Positions 49,339-61,525 of a stretch of DNA of 64,000 nt are shown piece by piece; the first letter of the stretch is position 1, and each line of letters opens with the position of its first letter. A program made the translations under genes and the position numbers. The DNA is from Stegostoma tigrinum (taxonomy: Eukaryota). The notes beneath the pieces are model-generated. The model saw only the letters and a program-made list of their open reading frames with translations, ran no database searches and had not been told where the DNA came from. The stretch is taken from the NCBI RefSeq assembly GCF_030684315.1, contig NC_081373.1, forward strand, positions 40,401,989-40,465,988, read 5' to 3'.

Positions 49339-50735
49339 ATGTTAGAAAAGGGGAAGATGACACCACAGTCTTTGACGGGGACCTAGAGGCGTTGGTGGAG
49401 AAGGTGGTGCAGAGGACAGAAGTTCTTTTCCCAGATGTCCAGCAGAGGAACCCACAGCACCAGACCCTGGCAGTCTGGTCCAAGATTGCCATCTGGTTCA
49501 GTGCCATCTCCATGGTACAAAGGAACAGTCACCAATGCCATAAGGTCAATGGAATTCTCCGCTGCCACTGGTTAAGTGACCCACTCTTCTCTGCTTCCTC
49601 ATACTCACTCTATCTCTGCTACTGCACCCACCTCCCACAAAAACTCATACTCTGCCACTGTCATGTTGCCTGCTCCTACCCTATTCCCACCGCCTCCTTC
49701 ACCATTAACCATGCATGACCTCTGCGATGCATCCTCACTCCCTTGCCACCTTTTGACCACTTCCACCAGCTGTGCCACCCATTCTCATCTCACTCATTGC
49801 CTCCCTTTCTATTATTGCAGGAGAAGACGGTCCATAACAGGGAAAAGGCCAAGCCTGTTTGGATGGAGGAGTTTGAAATCTCCTCAATTCATCTGAGGAG
49901 AGAACCTGTCCCTCACAAGAGAACACCAGGACCACTCCAGCAGAAATGCTGATTCATAATGCCCTGCAGTTGAGTAAGTACCATACTTCATTTCACTGTA
50001 ACTCTAACGTTAACCCCACTATTAGTGTTGTCCAATACACACCACCTCGAACCATCGGCAGCAATGTCATCCATCTCTTGTGACTTACCACCAGTATCTT
50101 CATTATCTCCACAGTGAAACTCCCGACGCCATCAGAAACCATCTCATTGGCCTCTGAGGCCCCAGAGCAAGCATAGGCAGGGTTGCTTTCTGTCCACCCT
50201 ACTGGACCAGATACTGCCACCTCAGTGGAAATGGCAGGCCTATAAAGTGTGGATATACAATGCAGTGAGCACCTCACTGTGATAGCTCCACAACTGGCTA
50301 AGAAAGAAACACTCTAGGTCAGAGTCCAGGTTCCTGCTCAGAGCAAGGCAGAAGAGGACCCTGTAGCACTGGCAATCAGGGACTTCAACGGCCTGCGCAG
50401 GAAGGAACAGGGGCAGCAGACAGGAATGTGGGAGACAATGATACTTATTGCCCAGATCCTGCGACTGTCTCTGTGGACAGGTTGGTGGCTGTCATGGAGA
50501 GCCACGTCCAAACTCTTCAGGGGCTACTAGAGAGATTCACACTCTCCAGTACTCAATCACCTTAGCCATTGGACCTCAGGACCAAAGACATGGTGACAGG
50601 GCAACAGGGAAAATAGCTCATACACCAGGTTCCCAGTCTTCACAAGGACATAGTGTATTGCCAAGAGGCAACCAGATGGAGGGGGAGCTACACACAACCT
50701 TCTCAGGGGCCTGTACTCATAACACTGCATGACCA
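49339..50735 (+). pseudogene. Harbinger Myb/SANT-like gene remnant, multi-exon
   Basis: DLEALVEKVVQRTEVLFP..AVWSKIA..RNSHQCHK; acceptor ttgcag followed by EKTVHNREK at 49821; frameshifted. Confidence 0.7.
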
Positions 50736-51629
50736 AGCTATCCATGTCCACCCAGTCTGCTCTCCCTCGTAAATGTTGGAGCTCCCAATGTCAAGATCAG
50801 CCCTACCACACTTCTCATCTGATTCTGTCTCAAATCTTGCTATAGTCCACTTTGCTTGGACCTTTATAAAATTCTACTCTGTGTTTCATCTTGAACTTAC
50901 GTGAGTAAAGATAGCATTGAAAATTCAATATGACAATATTACTAAAATATATCTCTTTTCCAAAGGTCCACAAAAAATTAAAAATCCTAAATGTGGTACA
51001 TACCAATACTTAATATTTTTATAAGGATTTACTTTGCTATTCAGGGAAAGGTAGTTTGATTAAATTTTATTCATATTCTAAATTTGATTAGCATTATTTC
51101 TGGTCTACAATGTAAGTAATTTATTTATTTAATGTGGCACAAATAATTCAAAAACAAATTCATCTGTAGAATACAGAAGCTTGATTTATTTAACATTTTT
51201 GCACAGGCTGACAGTTATAAGGCAAGTATCAATCTGAATATATAAAAACAAAAGATGTTATAAACACTCAGTAAGTAGGTAGAATCTGTGGAGAGAGAAG
51301 AACAAAATTAAAGGCAAAAGTGTTACCAGCCAGGAGCAGATCATTTTGGGTTTATAAGAGGAATTTAATTCACTTAATACAACATTGGGCTCCCACTCAG
51401 CCTTCTTCTGGGTTTTATGAGAAGAAGTTGGAGGTAAATATGGATATTGCTTGTAGCTGTCAGTTAAGGCATCTACATATTTTAGTAGGTGTTGAGCTGC
51501 TGTTTGAACCTAACTTTAGCAGCCTGGGAACCTTATTCCCAACTTGTCAGCAACTTGTCAGGATTGATGAGATGAGTGCCCAGCGCGAAGTGTTTCTTTA
51601 GTTAAATTTACGAGCTGTGAAGGGCATGC

Positions 51630-51692
51630 ATCAAAGTAGCACAGTGGGAGCATGCTGGGCCTATAACCCAGAAGTTAATGGATCAAAGCCAT
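51630..51692 (+). pseudogene. Initiator tRNA-Met pseudogene lacking the last 9 nt
   Basis: Gapless manual alignment to recalled vertebrate tRNAiMet gives 50/63 identities; anticodon CAT changed to TAT. Confidence 0.85.
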
Positions 51693-51697
51693 ATTAA

Positions 51698-51813
51698 GGC
51701 TCTTGTGGCATGGCGGCAGTGTTCCTAACTCTAGACCAGACAGACCTAGGTTCAAGACCCATATTGTCCAGAGGTTTGTCACATAACATTTGAACAGGAT
51801 GATTAAAAATATC
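51698..51813 (+). mobile_element. Solo copy of the unit A SINE
   Basis: ggctcttgtggcatggcgg..ggttcaagaccc..ccagaggtttgtc..tgaacaggatgattaaaaatatc. Confidence 0.8.
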
Positions 51814-52039
51814 AACAAGCTTTGTCAATTACAGTGAAGGGTTCTAGCCATGAAAAGGTGTGTGGTATGCCATTCCAGGCATTTCTGGAATCAGACTTTG
51901 ACAATGTTTAGGAACGGACTTCCAGCACCATGCAATCCACTTAGTGGTAGCTGCATTTTCCTACTGCTAGCCTTCACTAGAGCATTGGGCTCAGCTTCCA
52001 GTTCCACCAAGGGGCAAGGGGCAAAGAAATATCAGGAGC

Positions 52040-52600
52040 AGGAAGAGCAACACCAGCAGTAGCAGCTGCCTTCTCCTTAGCCAGGTGCACAGAGGGGTTG
52101 ATGTTGAGCTCTGACTGAAATGAGGTGAGATTCCCAAATAGCGTCTGTAGACAGAAACTCAACTCTCCTGTCTGAATACCCGTGCTTCGTGAGGCTCATA
52201 CTCTCATAGTGGCTAACATCCACCATCAAGATATCTTTACAAGCAGAATAAGTTGGACATCTATTGCTAGTTGCAATTGACATTCTAGTCACGGGTTAGT
52301 CATCCTCGTTTGTCTGCCTCTTGTCAAGCTGCAAGAAGAGGAACAGAAAGTTGTGCCTGCTTGTGTCGAGGAGGGAAGGATAAGTGGAATGGAGCCACAG
52401 AAAGATACTGAGTATGAGGGTTGCTGTGGGGATTTCAGGTGCCTATAGACTGTCAAGACCTACTGTGTGCAAGAATACTGAGGGAATTAGAGTGTGCGGT
52501 TTGGTACCTCAAAGTTATTTGTCACTTACCTGTCATGCACTAGTGAGGTGTTAAATTTGGTTGGCACTAAATTTCCAGGTGGAAGGAACCACATTCAATT
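52040..52600 (-). pseudogene. Possible further Harbinger Myb-like remnant
   Basis: Donor gtaagt at 52529 after a degenerate QC..KFN.LT-like segment; acceptor cttgcag at 52329; weak. Confidence 0.35.
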
Positions 52601-53374
52601 TTTCTGTGCATTAGTTCATAAATTCCAAGATAGGTTCAACATTTTTTAAAGCTAGTTAACCTGAATCTAATTATTGGAATGAGAAACTGAACAAATCAAC
52701 ATAACAAAAGCTGGAAATGTTCAATACATGACACAGAGTATGTTCTTGGAATTATGTGTCACACTTGAATCAGGCCATATACTGTCAGATTTGAGTCAAT
52801 ACAACTACAGCTAATTTTAATACTTTTCAGAATGTATTAGCAAACACAAGTCCACATGTCAATCTGATTACATCAGGGTAGTTGCGCAGTAGTGTGCTGA
52901 TGCATTGTCCTCATGATATTGTTAAGTATGTAATAATCTTTAATTCCATCACATTACTTTCATGCATTATTCTGTAGCCACAAAGTAGAATAGATGCAAG
53001 TGGACTACCTCAGTGGTGGAAATTATTTTGCTGCTGCTTCAGACAGAAGTCAAGACACCCCCTGTCTGAACATATTCATGTTAATGGGAATTTGAGGTTA
53101 AAAGTGCATCGTGAGCAACTAAACGTTCTAGGAAATGATACTGTAGCCTGGAAGAGTGAGCTTCCAAGTATAATGAAGGATTCATCCTGAATGTGAACTG
53201 GAATTGATGGACTGGCAAGAATGAGAAAGAACAGAAAAGACGAGAAAACTAAAGACATGTTACTTCACCAATGAGGAAAGTGGACTGTACGTATCCACTG
53301 TCTCCTGCACACAGGCAAAGTTTGTTGGCAAAGGACTGGTAACACAAGGACATTTTAAGCAGCAGGTCAACCAA

Positions 53375-53740
53375 TTGTATTTCATTCTTCTTTCAAGGGC
53401 TATGGGCTTCACTGGCAAGACCGGCATTAGTTCCCCTTTTCTAACTATCCTTGAAGTGTGTGGCTTGTACTTAAGGTCAGCACATTACTATGGGTCTGGA
53501 GTTACAAATAGGCTACACCAGATATAGTCAGTGGTTTTCTTTCCCTGAAGGGCAACATGACCTAAATAAGCTTTCAAACAATGATTTGATGAAAGTTTCA
53601 TGGTCACCATGACCAAGACAAGCTTTACACTTCCAGATTTGTAGATTGAATTTAAGACCCACCAGCTGCTGTGAGGAAATTTGAATCCATGTCCCCAGAG
53701 CATTAAGTTGGGCTGCCAGATTGCTGGTGACATTATCAAT
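53375..53740 (-). mobile_element. SINE of the 34879 family
   Basis: Reverse complement shows the same head, body and tail. Confidence 0.7.
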
Positions 53741-54207
53741 AAGCCACCTTCTCCTCCTTTAGGCTGATAACTACTATAGGGACTGTTTTCCCAAGTTGCA
53801 AACAGGCAGATAACTAGAGGCAGAATGAAGTAATGTACTAAAGGACCCTTACTGCTACTATGCAGCACAGGGCTCGCTTTGAATCTTCTTGACATTTGTG
53901 CTGTCAGAAATGTAATTATCCTACAATGATACTTTATTTACCTTTTCATTTCTCTGGAATTTTCCATGTCTATCATAAGTTCCTTATATCACCTCAAATG
54001 CATATTTGAATCTGTGAGTAACTGTACAAGTAGGCTGACATAATGGAGATCAGTTAATACACTACCTTCCCATCGTAATTAGCATCATGTCTTAACTTTT
54101 CAATCTGAATCACACAAGTAGATTAAAGTTAGCTCCAATGCCTGCACAAACCGTTATTAGCATACTAATGCAGTTTGATATTATCAAGGATACACTTAAC
54201 CCGGACA

Positions 54208-54665
54208 CAATGGCCAAGTGGCATTGTTTAATCCAAAGACCTAGATAATGTTCTCGGGATACAGGTTCAAATCCCATTACAACAGGTGGTGGAATTTAAA
54301 TGCAATAAAGGAAATCTGGAATTAAGTGTCTAATAATAACCATGAATCCATACTTAGAAAAATTCCCATCTGGTTCACAGGCACCATTGAATCTAGTCTA
54401 TGTTTGTGTTTGCAGAAATGCAATTCTCTTATTATAATATTTCATTTACCTCTTAACTCCTCTGGAATTTTCTGCATTTTTCACAAGTTCCTTGCATAAC
54501 CCACCCTTTTAGGCAAAGAAACTGCCATTCTTACCTGGTGTGATCTGCATGTAACTCCAGATCCACAGCAATGTGGTTTAGTCTTAAATACTCTCTGGGC
54601 AATTAAGGATGAGCAAATAAATTCTGTCTCAGCCAGTGACACCCACACCCCTTGAATGAATTAAA
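54208..54665 (+). mobile_element. SINE of the 34879 family, interrupted at ~54385-54500
   Basis: Head tggccaagtgg..ggttcaaatccc, body, and tail gcaaataaa..cccttgaatgaattaa. Confidence 0.8.
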
Positions 54666-54997
54666 ACAACAAACATTAATTGATTGAACAATTTTATTTT
54701 AACAAAAATAAATTTCATACTCACTGGACTAGTAAAAATTATTTTCTTTTGTTCTTGTTAAATGATTGGAACTTCTAGCTCAGGCTAAATGATATCCTGC
54801 AACCGGTTTCTGATTATTCTGGTCTTTTACCTTATTTGAAGATATTTAATCTAATTCCTGACAATATCACAGCATTGTAGAAATTTGGGAGCTTGTTTTT
54901 AATGATTTAAGCATAATTTTTGGATGCAAAATTTAAAACATGGACTGCTAATCTTAAATGAATTTCAAAGCATCCAGTCTTTCTAGCAGTCCCAACT

Positions 54998-57910
54998 GGG
55001 GAGGTGATGCCCTAGTGATATTAACATTGATTAATAATCTTGAATCCGCTAATATTTGAAGAACCTGGGTTTGAGACTTATCGTGGCAGATGGTGGAATG
55101 TGAATTCAATTTTTAAAAATCTGCAATTAAGAATCAACTGATGACCATGAAACCATTATCAATTGTTGGAAAATAAAGCCCTGGTTCACTAACACCCTTT
55201 AGGGAAGGAAATCTGCTATCCTCTTCTGGTTTGGCTTATATCTGACTCCAGATCTACATGCAATATGGTTGACTCTCATTGGCCTAGCAAGCCATTCAGT
55301 TTTATCAATTGCTACAAAGTCTTGATTTTCCACCAGAAAAGACAACAGCAGAAATAGTCCTGTTGACCCTACAGAGTCCTCCTCTCTAACATCCGGGGCC
55401 CAGTAGTAAAATTGAGTGAGCTGTCTCACAAAGTAGTCAAGCAACAGCTTGATGCAGTCATACTCATGAAATCATACCTGACAGTTAATGTCCCAGACAC
55501 CACCATCACCATCCCTGGTAATGCCCTGTCGCACCGGCAGGACAGACCCAGCAGAGGTGGCCACACAATGGTATATGGTCGGAAGGGAGTTGCCTCAATA
55601 TTTACAGTCCCCCATGAAGTCTCATTGCTTCAGGTTAAACATGGACAAGAAACTTCTTACTGATTACATTGGCTGTCTCCTCCAAGTTAAACAACGCTTA
55701 GAGGAAGCACTGGGGAAGTCAAGGACACAAAATGTACTCTGGGTGAGGGATTTCAATGTCCACCATGAAGAGCCGCTTGGCAGCAGTACTACTGACTGAG
55801 CTGGGGATGAAGTTCCACTTTCTAATTGAGAATGACCTCTATCGTGCTGTGTGGCACTATTAAGGTGCTGAATAGGACAAATTTTGAATAGATCTAGCAA
55901 CTGTAGACTGGGTATCCATGAGGTGCTATAGGCTGTCAATAGCAGCAGAATTGTACTCCAGCACAATCTGTAACCTCATGATCTGGCATATCCTCCACTC
56001 AACCATTACCATCAAGCCAAGAAGTTCAATCCTGGCTCAATGGAGAGTGCATCAGAGCATGCCAGAAGCAGCACCAGGCATACCTGAAAATGAGGTGTCA
56101 ACCTGGTAAAGTCACAAACAGGGCTATTGCACACCAAACAGCATAAACAACTAGTGATAGACAGAGTTAAGTGATCCCACAAGCAGCAGATTGGATCTGA
56201 GTTCTGCAGTCCTACCACAATCAATGATGGAAGACCCCAGCACATCAGTGCAAAAGAAAGGGCTGAAGCATTCGCAGAAATCTTCAGCCAGATGTGCCGA
56301 GTAGATGATCCATCTCGGCCTCCTCCAGTGGTCCCCAGTATCACAGATAGCAGTCCTCAGCCAATTCCATTCACTCCACATGATATCAAGCAACAATTGA
56401 AGACACTGGATTCCGGCAATAATACTGAAGACTTGTACTCAGGAACTTGCATCCCCACCCCCACGACCAGCCAAGACGGTCCAGTATAGTTACAACACTG
56501 ACATCTACCTGACAATGTGGAAAACTGCCCAAGTATGTCCTGTACATAAAAAGTAGGACAAATCCAACCTGGCCAATTACTGCCCCATCAATCTCCTCTC
56601 AATCATCAGTAAAGGGATAGAAGGTGTCACCAAGAGTGTAGTCAAGCAGCACATACTCAGCAATAGCCTGCTCAGTGATGCCCAGTTTGGGTTCCACCAG
56701 GGCCACTCAGCTCCCGACGTCATCATAGCCTTGGTTCAAACATGGACAAAAGTGCTCAATTCCAGAGGTGAGTTGAGAATGACAGCCGTTGACATCAAAG
56801 CTGCATTCGACCGAGGGTGGCATCAGGGAGAACGAGCAAAATTTGAATCAATAGGTATAAGATGGGAAACTGTCTGGTGGTTGGAATCATATCTGGCAAA
56901 TAAGAAGATGTCTATGGTTGTTGGAGGTCAGTCATCTCGGCTCCAAGCCATCTCTACAAGAGTTCTTCAAGGTAATGTCATAGGCCTAACTATCTTCAGC
57001 TGCTTCATCAATAAGCTTCCCCCTGTCATAAGGTCAGAAGTAGGGAGGTTCACTGACAATGTTCAGCACCATTCACGACTCGTCAGATACTGAAGCACTC
57101 CATGTTCACATGCAAAAAGATCTGGATAATATCCAGGCTTGGGCTGACAAGTGGCAAGTAACATTCCCCCTGCACAAATGTCAAGTTATGACCATCACCA
57201 ATAAAGGACAATCTAACCACTGCCCCTTGACAATCAGTGGTGGTATAATCACTGAAATCCCCCCAGAGTCAACATCCTGGGGGTTACCGTTGACCATAAA
57301 GACGTGGCTACTAAAGCACGTAAGAGGCTAGGAATACCGCAGTGAGTAACTCACCTCCTGACACCCTCTCCCACCCCCAGAGCCTATCCACCATCCACAA
57401 GGCACAATCAGGAGAGTGATGGAATACTCCCCACTTGCCTGGATGGGTACAGCTCCAACAACACTCAAGACACTTAACATCATCCAGGACAAAGCAACCC
57501 ACTTGATTGGCACTGCATCCATAACATCAACTCCCTCCAGAAATGGTGCTCAGCAGCAGCAGTGTGTACTACCTACAGGATGCACTGCAGAAATTCACCA
57601 AAGATCCTCAAACAGCACCTTCCAAACCCATGACCACTTCCATCTGGAAGGATGAGGAATGCCACCAATTTCAAGTTCCCCTCCAAAGCTCCCACCATCC
57701 TGTCTTGGAAATATGTCACTGTTCTTTCACTGTTACCGGGTCAAAATCCTTGAATTCCCTCCCTAATGCCATTGTGCATCACCTGACAGCAGGTGGACTG
57801 CAGCAGTTTCTGAAAGCAGCTTACCACCACCTTCCCAAAGGTTGCTAGGGATGGGCAATAAATGCTGGCCAGCAAGTGGTGCCCACATCCACCAAAATGA
57901 AAACAAAAAA
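54998..57910 (+). mobile_element. Near full-length family B LINE (APE plus RT, no visible ORF1) with a SINE-like 5' end; degenerate
   Basis: 5' 280 bp match SINE 34879-35160; then NIRG..VKLSELSHKVVKQQLDAVILMKSYLT, WVRDFNVHH, KSNLANYCPINLL, AVDIKAAFDRGWH; tail gggatgggcaataaatgctggcc. Confidence 0.9.
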
Positions 57911-60079
57911 TATTAGAGACCCAAGTTATTCAAAAAATATCCTCCTGACAATCGCTACATTTGACCTCCCTGCAGCATTGGCATAGAACCTTAAGAAAAC
58001 AGTGCCAGCAGTCAAGAGGAGAAGGGTGTTTGGTTAAATAGATGATACTGCAGAGGTTTGACTGGGTACCTGATTGAAAGGGAAATGCCTGGAGCTAGAG
58101 CATTCCTCTCTCAATACAGGAAGTACGCAGTATTATTAAGGAGTATACACATTAAAATAAAACATAGCATTAAGGATTTACTTCAACTAATGCAGAATTT
58201 GAAGTGTTAAGATTATAACTCATTTAATGTAGAATTTGAATGTGTGCCCCAAGCAAAAATGTAAACAACTTCCTACAAGGTACAGGAAATATATACAAAG
58301 CCTTGAAATTTCTTACTGTGTGCCAGGAGCTTTGAGTAAAATTACAAAAGACACAAAGACCCAGGCACCGATTTGATCCTTGTCCTGAAAAAATCTGAAA
58401 GACAATGGTGAAGTGTTAACCTAAAACAAGAGAGATTCTATAAGTTTGGCCTGTGCTTAAACGTTGAGACAGGCCTGGCCATTGCTGTACAAGTAGAGAG
58501 TAGATAAAGATCGCTTGTAGCTGAGATAAGACAAAAATTGCAATTTATCGATTGACTGCCAGAATGTTCATCCCAAGGCCAGAAAAGACAAAGCTTTCAA
58601 AGTACTAAACTAAAACCATCCTCACCAAACCGAGGCATTGATCGCCTAACATCTGGCCCCAGGTGGGCTAGGGAGGCAATTCGTCCACCAGTTTGATATA
58701 ATCAAGGAGCTCGGAAAGCCATACACACATTAAAGTTCAGTACTACCTATTGTTCTGCAATATCAGCTCGTCAAGGGTTGGGAAAACAATACACATTCAA
58801 ACAAGAGGACCAGTCTCAATAGGTGAGGTGTCAAATGGTGGAAGTAAGAAAGAAATATGAAGGCAGACAGCTACAAGATTGGCATATCAGAGCAACTTCC
58901 ACTCTCTCTCTCTCTCTCTCTCTCCAACCAGGACTGAAGGAAGTTGTACATCCCAAGGAAAGAGTGTGGCACCAAGGATGCTGACCAGAGGAGACATGAT
59001 GGGGTGAGCATTTCGTTCGCAACCTGCAGAAGACTCGACCAAATGCCATATCAAGAATTGACCCACATCTCCCACGGTAATTTTTGAGAGTTTAACAACT
59101 GTTTTGTAATTAGTCATGAGTTCTGTTAGCATTGATTGTGTAATATTTGGATTCACTATATGTATTAAACAATATCTTCTTATTCAAAAATCTGAAACAG
59201 GTGTAGATTGCATTGTTCACCACTCTTCAATGTTTTCTTAAAGGTGAGTTCAGACCTTTGACTGTGAGTTCGGTTGTAACCAGGAAGCTGAATGATCAGC
59301 AACATCCTACAATGCTATTTTTGTGTATGATTTGTTCAAATTCCACAGTACTAAGTGGATTTCTCACTGGACTCATTTCGAGGTCGACTATTTTACATTT
59401 CTTCTTTGACAAATTTGTATAACCAACATTTGTTTCTGCCTTTAATTCTGGATGAATTGACTATTTAAATTGCTTTACATTTTCTAACATTTTTGACGTT
59501 AATACAATCCTTTTATTCTTCTAATATTTTAAAACAATCATTACCAAAGTTGCAGAATCACTGTATACCTCAGGATTCAAAACTTTATTCAATTTCTAAA
59601 ATTATGTACTGATAGTAGTTAACTCCGAGTGGTTACTCAGCCATAATATAACTAATGGAATATTTTAATGAGATCTAATTTTGTTTATTCTTAATACCCC
59701 TGGAAGTGAGGACATTTTATTTTGGGACCAAGTCCAAGAGCTCCTATAATTAGTCAAAATCACTTTGAGTTCATGATTGAGACAGGCAATAAACTAAGCT
59801 TGAAAGGTACTTAAATACGACAGAATCACTATAACTGAAGACATAACAAACTCATTCAGCTTTCAATTATAGAGCAAAACATGTTCATGTTTGAGCCACC
59901 AGTAATTTTGCACTCCTGTAATTGTTGGATGTGAAGAGCAAAATTGTAAATTCCAGATACTTCAAAGAGTAAAAATGCCATCCACTCCAATAAGGCAACA
60001 AAGAAAATGTCATAATGCAGCTCAGAGTTGAGTGAGGAGTATTTGTTTAAACATCCTTCTGTGATGTTAGAAATCCAAA

Positions 60080-61525
60080 TCAAATTGAGATGAAGTGAGA
60101 GCCATTGCTGTTGATATCTAGGCAGCATTTAACAAATTTTGGCACTGTGGGAATTGGGGGAAACTCTCCATAGGTTGGAATCATACATAGCTGAAAGGAA
60201 AATGGAGATCAATCATCTCAGCCCTAGTACACAAAATTCTTACAGCGTTGAAAGAGGTCACTTGGTCCATCAAGTCCGCACAGACCTTCTGAAGAGCATC
60301 TGACCCAGACCTGGCTACCTACCCTCTCCCTGTAACTCCACACTTACCATAGCTAGCCCTCCTAACCTGTACATCCCTGACACTGCAGGACAATTTAGTA
60401 TGGCCAAATCATGTACCCTGCAAATCTTTGGACTGTGGGAGGAAACTGGTGCACCCGGGGAAAGCCCAAGCACGGAGGGAGCATGCAAACTCCACACAGA
60501 CAGTTATCTGAGGCTGGAATCAAACCCTGGGTCCGAGGCAGCAGTACTAACTACTCTGCCACCATGTTGTCTATCACATTACTGAGGAATTCTTCATAAT
60601 AATGAACTGAACCCTACTACCTATTGTTGCTTCTTCAATGGCCTTTTCTCCATCTTAAGGTCAGAAGTGGGGACATTTGTTGATGATTACACTATTTTCA
60701 GTACCATTCATGATTCCTCAGATATTAAAGCTTCTATATGCAGAACAACATTCAGGCTCAGGCTGACAAGTAGCTATTAATATTCATGCAACACAAGTGC
60801 TAGTCAATGACCATCTCCACAAGAGAAAATCTAACCATCTCCCCTTGACCATGCATATTAATCCCAACACTGTATCCCTCACTATCAAAATCCAGAAGAA
60901 TACCTTACACCAGAAATCAAACTGGATTAGCCATACAAATACTGTGGCTACAAGAGCAGGTCAGAGGATTGGAAATCTGCAGTGTGTAACTCATCTAACT
61001 CCCAAAGCCACTAACCATAAGGCACACTTCAGAAATGGAATACTCTCCAATTGCCTAAACACAGAAATCTTAAACAACATTCAAATAGCTTGGAAACATC
61101 CAGGATAAAGCAGCACACTTGAATGGTGCTCCATCTTTCACTCCCTCCATCACTGAAGCACACTGGAATTATTTTGTACAATCTATAAGGTGCACTGCAG
61201 CAACTTGTCAAGTCTCGTTCGAAAGCACCTTCTAAAACTGTGACCATTAGCACCTCAGAGGACATGAGCAGACATACATAGGAACATCACATCAGTAAGT
61301 TCTTCTTTAAACCACAAATGACACTGATGCAGGACTATACCCTTGATCCTTCAACATTGCTGGACTGAGTCCTGGATCATTTCGAACAGTACTGTGGGTC
61401 CACTTACATGACATGGGCAACAGCAGGCCAAGAGGACAACTTACCAACACTTTTCCAAAGGCCATTAGAGATGGGCAACAGATAATGACCTAGTCAGTGA
61501 CACCCATATCTTCTGAAAGAAATAA
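60080..61525 (+). mobile_element. Family B LINE RT and 3' remnant
   Basis: Collinear with 56755-57900; tail gagatgggcaacag..cacccatatc. Confidence 0.75.
60232..60567 (-). mobile_element. HE1-like V-SINE nested in the family B LINE
   Basis: Same family as 3803-4125. Confidence 0.85.

Noticed and set aside
51630-51692. Functional tRNA
   Set aside because: The acceptor stem 3' strand is absent and the anticodon and T arm are mutated.
53076-53212. Minus-strand exon after a strong pyrimidine tract
   Set aside because: All frames terminate without recognisable homology.
58240-59200. Possible solo LTR containing a (CT)n tract
   Set aside because: LTR-like in composition, but termini and TSD could not be defined.
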